Translations under genes and position numbers: made by a program
Assembly: GCA_044229975.1 (NCBI GenBank)
Contig: JBGARZ010000006.1
Span: forward strand, 352,001 to 416,000
Source of the DNA: Polyangiales bacterium
Lineage (GTDB): Bacteria; Myxococcota_A; Polyangia; Polyangiales; Ga0077539
DNA length: 64,000 bases
Reading direction: 5' to 3'
Shown here: in pieces, positions 56,709 to 64,000 of the stretch
How positions within the stretch are numbered: the stretch's first letter is position 1
Layout of the letters: each line of letters opens with the position of its first letter
Notes under the pieces: generated by a model
What the model was told of the DNA's origin: nothing
What the model saw: only the letters and a program-made list of their open reading frames with translations
Database searches by the model: none

Positions 56709-58172
56709 TCACCCGTCGACGCAGCGGATCTCGGTGGTCTCGAAGGCGCGGGTCTTGAGCAGGCCGCGGCCGAGGAGGAGCCGCGCGCACTCCTGCACGC
56801 CTTCGGTGATGGCGGGATGGGGATGCACGCAGTAGTCGATGTCTTCGAGCGCGGCGCCCTGGTCGATGAGGAAGGCGACGCCCTGGATGCAGCTCGACGC
56901 CTCGGGGCCGACGACGCGCAGGCCGAGCACCTTGTGCGGCGGGTCGCGCGAGGCGAGCAGCTTCACGAAGCCGTCGACGCGGCGCATGGCGACGTAGCGG
57001 CTGATGAGCCGACCCGAGAGCACGGCGCAACGGTAGGGGATGCCCTGCTTGCGGCACTGCTGTTCGTTGAGCCCCACCGAGGCGACCTCGGGCTCAAGAA
57101 ACATGATTGCTGACAGCGCTTCGTAGTGGATGTCGCGCGGTGTCTTTCCGCACGCGAGCTCGGCGGCGTGGCGGCCTTCGAGCTCGCCGACGTTGACGAG
57201 GGCGACGTCCATGGTGACGTCGCCGACGGCGTAGATGTGCGGGACGGAGGTGACGGTCCCGCTGACCTCGACGCTGCCGTTGGGGAGCAGCTTGACGCCC
57301 GCGAGGTCGAGTCCGAGGCCGTCGGTGTTGGGGACGCGGCCGATGCTGACGAGGGCGCGCTCGACGCGGATGGTCTCGCGTCCGCGGGGCGAATCGATGA
57401 CGTACTCGACGTGGTCGCCGACCGGAGTGAGCGAGACGAGCTTCGACTCGCGGTGGATGACGATGCCCATGCGCTCGAAGTTGCGCGCGACGCACTCGGC
57501 GACGTCCTCGTCCTCGAAGGGCAGGATGCGGGGCTGGCGGTCGATGATGTGGATCTTCGTCTTGCCGAAGTGCGCGAACATGGTCGCGTACTCGCAGCCG
57601 ACGACGCCGGCGCCGACGATGACGACGCTCTCGGGGAAGCGTTCCCAGCGCTCGATGTGGTCGCTGGTGACGACGCGAACGCCGTCGATGGTGACGCCGT
57701 CGAGCTGCCGCGGTCGCGACCCCGTCGCGAGGACGAAGTGGGAGGAGTGTTGGAGGGAGACGGTTCCGTCGGGGGCGGTGACCTCGATGGTGTGCGCGTC
57801 GACGAAGCGGGCGGCGCCGCGGAGCAGCGTGACGGAGCCGCCTTCGGGCGAGGGGACGGCGAGGCGGGCGAGCTGTTGTTCGAGGAGGGCGCGGCGCTCG
57901 TCGACGGCGCAGCGGACGGTGGCCATGACGTCGGCGTAGTCGACGCGGAGGTTGTCGGCGCGGTAGCCGCGGTCGGTGCGCGCGGCCGTGGCGTAGTCGT
58001 TGGACAGGTGCCACAGGGTCTTGGAGGAGAGGGCGCCGTCGTGGATGCCGGTTCCGCCGACGCGGCCGCGCTCGACGAGGAGCACGCGGCGGCCGAGGTC
58101 GTAGGCGCGCATCGCGGCGGCGAACCCAGCGGGCCCGGCGCCGAGGACACAGAAGTCGTAGGTGGCATCCAT
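56709..58172 (-). CDS. Flavoprotein disulfide reductase-family oxidoreductase (Lpd/SthA-like) lacking the redox cysteines
   Basis: GAGPAG, ATGSRP, GAGVVGCE, YAVGD, HPHPAITE; GGTGIHDGALSSK replaces CxxxxC. Confidence 0.88.
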   Translation of the reverse strand: MDATYDFCVLGAGPAGFAAAMRAYDLGRRVLLVERGRVGGTGIHDGALSSKTLWHLSNDYATAARTDRGYRADNLRVDYADVMATVRCAVDERRALLEQQLARLAVPSPEGGSVTLLRGAARFVDAHTIEVTAPDGTVSLQHSSHFVLATGSRPRQLDGVTIDGVRVVTSDHIERWERFPESVVIVGAGVVGCEYATMFAHFGKTKIHIIDRQPRILPFEDEDVAECVARNFERMGIVIHRESKLVSLTPVGDHVEYVIDSPRGRETIRVERALVSIGRVPNTDGLGLDLAGVKLLPNGSVEVSGTVTSVPHIYAVGDVTMDVALVNVGELEGRHAAELACGKTPRDIHYEALSAIMFLEPEVASVGLNEQQCRKQGIPYRCAVLSGRLISRYVAMRRVDGFVKLLASRDPPHKVLGLRVVGPEASSCIQGVAFLIDQGAALEDIDYCVHPHPAITEGVQECARLLLGRGLLKTRAFETTEIRCVDG

Positions 58173-58242
58173 CGATCGCGAGCGTACCGGAGGAACGGCG
58201 ACGGGCGGGAACTCTCCGCCGTCCCCGCTGTCACTCCATCCC

Positions 58243-59205
58243 ATGTCTACCGAGCAGCCCGCACGCGACGTCCTCCTCACCGCCCGCGGGCCCAATGCCT
58301 CCGTGCTCGCCTTCGCCGTGACCGCCCTCGTGGTGGGCGCACTGGTTCATGTGTGGACGATCTGGTTCAGCACAGACCAGCAACTACTCGTGAGTGCCGC
58401 CACCTTCGCGACCGCGTGTGGAGCCATCGTCGCCGTCGCCGCCCGCATCCGACACCGTGTCGGCGCTCTCCTCGCGCTAATGTCCGGCTGCGTTGCGTTG
58501 ATCGCGGTCACCGCTTCGGAGTGGACCTGTGCCGCTGTGACCTATGCGCTGGGCGGCTACTGCTTCCAACGGGCGGGATACTGGGTCCTGGCCGAGCACC
58601 ACTGGGTCTGGTTTCCCATCGCGGTGTCCTCGCTCGCCGCGACCCTGACGCCCGTGCTGCTCGTCGCCCAGAGCGCGCGTCGCAAGCCCACGATCGACGC
58701 GCGCGCTCGGGTCGCCTTCGGCCTCGGCGCGTGCCTGGTCGTCGCGGCCGCGGTCGGTGCGCTGCTCTCCGTCGCGAGTCTCGCGTCGCTGTTGGCGCTG
58801 ACCATCGTCGGTGCGCTGATGCTCGGGGCCTCGCTCCTCGATGCGAGGCGTCGCGCCCACGCGCTCTCGGGCCTCGCCGACGACCGCGAGTCGTACGTGA
58901 CGCCCGCGCAAGAAGACGACCCCGTCGACCTGCCGTCGTTGGCGATCTTCCCCTCGCGGCTATCTCTCGGCGTCGTCCGTGTGGACGAGCCCGTTCGTCG
59001 AGATGCCTATCGTGCGCCCCGCCTGAGCGTCGCCGTCGCGCGCTGCCCTGTCGACGTCCGCGCAGCAGCGCAGTGCCTCAACCGGCAGGTGCGCGTCCGA
59101 TGGGCGTGGCTCGTGGCCTCGCTGCTCGTGGCCGTGTTCATCGATCAGGCCGATCGGACCATGCGGAGTCGAGAAGTCGCGCCGATCATCATCGAACTGC
59201 ATTGA
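58243..59205 (+). CDS. Hypothetical membrane protein
   Basis: Multiple hydrophobic helices. Confidence 0.6.
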   Translation: MSTEQPARDVLLTARGPNASVLAFAVTALVVGALVHVWTIWFSTDQQLLVSAATFATACGAIVAVAARIRHRVGALLALMSGCVALIAVTASEWTCAAVTYALGGYCFQRAGYWVLAEHHWVWFPIAVSSLAATLTPVLLVAQSARRKPTIDARARVAFGLGACLVVAAAVGALLSVASLASLLALTIVGALMLGASLLDARRRAHALSGLADDRESYVTPAQEDDPVDLPSLAIFPSRLSLGVVRVDEPVRRDAYRAPRLSVAVARCPVDVRAAAQCLNRQVRVRWAWLVASLLVAVFIDQADRTMRSREVAPIIIELH

Positions 59206-59278
59206 GACCATGACGGCGTTGCCCGTTGGGCCGGGGTTTGGCGTTCGCCTGCACCCCGGCCCATCGGGTCACACGAGA

Positions 59279-59740
59279 TCAGAGCCCCTGGGCGAACGCT
59301 TCGAGCTGCGTGATGCAGGTGTTCCACCCTTCGTGGAAGCCCATCTCCTCGTGCTTCTTCCGGTCGGCCTCGTCGCGGTGCAGCACGCGCACGTCGTAGC
59401 GGGTGCCGGCGCCCTCATCCTTCAACGAGAAGAACGCCGTCATCCCAAGCCACGGCGTCGCCGGGCACCAGCCGCCGGTGAGCATCGACGTGAACACGAT
59501 GCGCTCCTGCTCGACGACCTCGATGAAGCACCCCGGGTTGTCGCTCTCGCCACCATCGGGCCCGCGCATGAACGTGTAGAAGTCCCCGCCCGCGCGAAAC
59601 TCGAACGCCCGCACCTCGGTGGTCCACGGCTTCGGGCACCACCACTCGGCGAGCATCTTCGGGTCGGCCCACGCCCGCCACACGCGGGCCCGCGGGACGG
59701 CGAGAAAGCGGGAGATCTCGATGCCGTTATTCTTGTTCAT
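59279..59740 (-). CDS. SRPBCC/AHSA1-family protein
   Basis: VWRAWADP, WWCPKPW, HEEMGFHEGW. Confidence 0.92.
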   Translation of the reverse strand: MNKNNGIEISRFLAVPRARVWRAWADPKMLAEWWCPKPWTTEVRAFEFRAGGDFYTFMRGPDGGESDNPGCFIEVVEQERIVFTSMLTGGWCPATPWLGMTAFFSLKDEGAGTRYDVRVLHRDEADRKKHEEMGFHEGWNTCITQLEAFAQGL

Positions 59741-60071
59741 TGTCCTTTTCACCTTTCAACAGCAGCTCGTCCATTCGATCGAAGCGCGACTCCCAGAGGG
59801 AGCGCTGTTCGGCGATCCACGACTGCGCGGCGTCGAGTCGCCTGGGGTCGAGGCGGCAGGTGCGCACGCGCCCGACCTTGCGGCTGGCGACGAGGCCGCT
59901 GTCTTCCAGCACCTTCAGGTGCTGAGAGACCGCGGGGAGCGACATCTTCAGGGGCCGCGCGAGCTCGCTCACGCTGGCCGGGCCGCGCACCAGTTGGGCG
60001 ATCATCGCCCGGCGCGTGGGGTCGGCCAGGGCCGAGTACACGAGGTCGAGCGCGGCCGATTGCTTAAGCAC
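59727..60071 (-). CDS. ArsR/SmtB-family transcriptional regulator
   Basis: ALADPTRR, SQHLKVLE, KVGRVRTC. Confidence 0.93.
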   Translation of the reverse strand: MLKQSAALDLVYSALADPTRRAMIAQLVRGPASVSELARPLKMSLPAVSQHLKVLEDSGLVASRKVGRVRTCRLDPRRLDAAQSWIAEQRSLWESRFDRMDELLLKGEKDNEQE

Positions 60072-60082
60072 GTCGTTTAGTA
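60061..60082. promoter_or_regulatory. Possible ArsR operator overlapping its own start codon
   Basis: Palindrome TGCTTAAGCA followed by imperfect half-site GTTTAGTA; second GCTTAAG near 60124. Confidence 0.4.
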
Positions 60083-60197
60083 TCGCGCCGCACCGACGGG
60101 CGCAAGAAGAAAGAACAGAACTCGCTTAAGTGTCGCGGTCACCGCTCCGCGTTTCGCGCTAGTCGTCCGCCCCCCACCTGACCTATAGACGTCGGCC

Positions 60198-61453
<1,256 letters not shown>

Positions 61454-61457
<4 letters not shown>

Positions 61458-62257
61458 ACGCCGGTCAGGGAGCCCTCCGCGTCGAGCGCGTGCGCGGCCG
61501 CAGCGTCGCCACCCGGTGCGTCGCCGCGAGCCCCCTGCGCTGGCTGCTCCCCGACAACCGCGGCCACGCGCTGTGGGCTTACACCACCTCGTATGGCGGC
61601 GGCATGGTCGACGGCGACGCGCTCTCCCTCGACGTCGACGTCGGCCCCGACACCTCGCTGCTCCTCGCCACGCAGGCCAGCACCAAGGTCTTTCGCGGAC
61701 CATCGGGATCACGGCAATCGCTCGCGTTGAAGGTCGGTGAGGGATCGCTCGCCGTCGTCGCGCCCGACCCGGTGGTCTGCTTCGCCGACGCTCGCTACGC
61801 CCAGCGCACCGACGTCGACCTCGGCGCTGGAGCGTCGCTCGTGCTGCTCGATACGCTGCACGCGGGTCGCGTCTCTCGCGGCGAGCGCTGGCAGTTTGCC
61901 CGCTACGCCAGCCGCCTCGACGTGCGTCGCGAAGGGCGCCTCGTGGTCACCGATCGGCAGCTCCTCGACCGCGACCACGGCCCCATCGCCGATCGCCTCC
62001 GCGGCTTCGACGCGCTCGCCAACCTCTGGCTCATCGGCGATCACGTCGCCTCGCACGCCGCTGCGCTCCTGCAACGACTCGCCCGCGTGAGCCCGGCGAC
62101 CCACGCCACCCGCGTCGAGTCCGTCACCGCCGTCGATGGAGGCGCGCTCGTGCGCGTGGCCGCCACCACCGCGGCCGAGGCGTTGGGCGTGATGCGTGGG
62201 CACCTCGGGTTCATGACGGAGGTGCTGGGGGACGATCCGTTTACACGGCGTTGGTGA
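61454..62257 (+). CDS. ureD: Urease accessory protein UreD
   Basis: [24 protein letters not shown]; directly upstream of the urease genes. Confidence 0.9.
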
Positions 62258-62297
62258 AGCGGCGCGTCGGGATGCGCTAGACACGGCGCGTCAACCG

Positions 62298-62951
62298 ATG
62301 CACCTGACGCCGCGCGATCTCGACAAGCTGCTCCTGCATTCCGCTGGTTTTCTCGCGCAGAAGCGCCTCGCGCGCGGGGTGCGGCTCAACGCGCCGGAGG
62401 CCATCGCGCTGGTCGCGACGCAGTTGTTGGAGTTCATCCGCGACGGTCGCTCGGTGGCCGAGCTCATGGACCTCGGGCGCCAGATGCTGGGTCACGCCGA
62501 CGTGATGCCGGGCGTCGCCGACCTGCTCGACGAGGTTCAAGTCGAAGGAACCTTCCCGGATGGGACCAAGCTGGTGACCGTTCATCGGCCCATCGCGTCG
62601 GAGCGGGGTGATCTCGCGCTGGCGCTGTATGGGAGCTTCCTGCCGGTTCCGACGAGGGCGGAGGTCTCACCGGACATCACGTCAGTGAAGCCGGGTGAGG
62701 TGCTGGTGGCCGAAGGGGAGATCGAGCTCAACGTGGGGCGCGCGACGCTAACGGTAGAAGTGACCAATCACGGCGATCGTCCCATTCAAGTGGGGAGTCA
62801 CTTTCCCTTCGCGGAGACCAACCGGGCGTTGTCCTTTGACCGGGCGGCGGCGGCGGGGATGCGGCTGGATGTTCCGGCGGGGACGGCGGTGCGCTTCGAG
62901 CCGGGCGAGCAGCGATCGGTGCGCCTCGTGCGCGTGGGGGCGGTGGGATGA
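62298..62951 (+). CDS. ureAB: Fused urease gamma-beta subunit
   Basis: [23 protein letters not shown] (gamma) plus [22 protein letters not shown] (beta). Confidence 0.95.
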   Translation: MHLTPRDLDKLLLHSAGFLAQKRLARGVRLNAPEAIALVATQLLEFIRDGRSVAELMDLGRQMLGHADVMPGVADLLDEVQVEGTFPDGTKLVTVHRPIASERGDLALALYGSFLPVPTRAEVSPDITSVKPGEVLVAEGEIELNVGRATLTVEVTNHGDRPIQVGSHFPFAETNRALSFDRAAAAGMRLDVPAGTAVRFEPGEQRSVRLVRVGAVG

Positions 62952-64000
62952 GCGTCTGGATTCCGCGGGCGAGCTACGCGGCGATGTTTGGTCCGACGAC
63001 GGGTGATCGGGTGCGGCTCGGCGACACCGGGCTCGTGGTGCAGGTCGAGCGCGACGAGACGACCTACGGCGACGAGTGCAAGTTCGGCGGCGGCAAGGTG
63101 CTGCGCGACCGGATGGGTCAGGCCGCGGGTGTGTCCGATGAAGACGCGCTCGATCTGGTCATCACCAACGCGCTCATCGTGGACTGGACGGGCATCTACA
63201 AAGCGGACATCGGCGTGAAGCGCGGGCGCATCGTCGGCATCGGCAAGGCGGGCAACCCCGCGGTGATGGCGGGCGTCACGCCGGGGATGATCGTGGGCGT
63301 GACCACCGAGGCGCTCGCGGCCGAGGGGCGCATCGTGACGGCGGGCGGCGTCGACACGCACATCCATTTCATCTGTCCGCAGCAGGCCGACGAGGCCATC
63401 GCGAGCGGCGTCACGACCATGGTCGGCGGCGGCACCGGCCCGATGACCGGAACCAACGCCACGACGTGTACGCCGGGCGTTCATCAGATGGGGTTGATGT
63501 TGAAGGCGACGGACGCGCTGCCGGTCAACATCGGGCTGACGGGCAAGGGGAACACGTCGGACCCCAAGGGCCTCGACGATCAGGTTCGGGCGGGCGCCAT
63601 CGGGCTGAAGCTGCACGAAGACTGGGGGACCACACCGGGAGCCATCGATTGTTGTCTCGCCTTTGCGGAGGGTGAGGACGTTCAGGTGACCATCCACACC
63701 GACACGCTCAACGAGTCGGGCTACGTGGACGATTCGATTGCAGCCTTCAAGGGAAGGACGATTCACACGTACCACTCGGAGGGAGCGGGCGGCGGGCATG
63801 CGCCGGACATCCTGCGGGTGTGCGGTGAGGCCAACGTCCTACCGAGCAGCACCAACCCGACGCGGCCGTTTACGGTGAACACCCTCGACGAGCATCTCGA
63901 CATGCTCATGGTGTGTCACCACCTCGATCGGCGGATTCCCGAGGACGTGGCCTTTGCGGAGAGTCGTATTCGCGCGGAGACCATCGCGGCAGAGGACATC
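62948..64000 (+). CDS. ureC: Urease alpha subunit, partial (runs off the window edge)
   Basis: [48 protein letters not shown]; not in the ORF track. Confidence 0.97.
   Translation, partial: MSVWIPRASYAAMFGPTTGDRVRLGDTGLVVQVERDETTYGDECKFGGGKVLRDRMGQAAGVSDEDALDLVITNALIVDWTGIYKADIGVKRGRIVGIGKAGNPAVMAGVTPGMIVGVTTEALAAEGRIVTAGGVDTHIHFICPQQADEAIASGVTTMVGGGTGPMTGTNATTCTPGVHQMGLMLKATDALPVNIGLTGKGNTSDPKGLDDQVRAGAIGLKLHEDWGTTPGAIDCCLAFAEGEDVQVTIHTDTLNESGYVDDSIAAFKGRTIHTYHSEGAGGGHAPDILRVCGEANVLPSSTNPTRPFTVNTLDEHLDMLMVCHHLDRRIPEDVAFAESRIRAETIAAEDI

Overview
High-GC chromosomal DNA, most likely from a Myxococcota/Polyangia-type bacterium. This is inferred from the Hanks-type kinase/PEGA genes, a MYXO-CTERM protein and many Cys-rich lipoproteins. 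Most of the window is housekeeping or envelope genes: holA, mntP, bioF-bioD, a DnaJ-class chaperone, uppS-cdsA, gcvT, thiD, a phnC/phnD-phnE transporter in a phosphorus-scavenging cluster, and ureD-ureAB-ureC. The stand-out feature is a ~5.9 kb lower-GC island (11334-17209), an integron-type gene-cassette array on the minus strand. It has five intact 86-92 bp attC sites, one decayed attC and an attI-like first junction, but no integrase gene in the window. Its cargo is a DUF262 + AlbA/Schlafen fusion, a proteasome-beta-like Ntn-hydrolase candidate, a RelE/ParE toxin-antitoxin pair and four unknown ORFs; the first two and the unknowns are candidate undescribed defence genes. Other notable signals are a consensus parS site, an unknown 508-aa protein ending in a QLSLF clamp-binding motif, a Fam20C/four-jointed-like lipoprotein kinase, a NuiA-domain lipoprotein, a Cys-less flavoprotein disulfide reductase homologue and a small intergenic repeat family. 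Product calls come from motif recognition only (no searches were run), and start codons were re-picked by eye.
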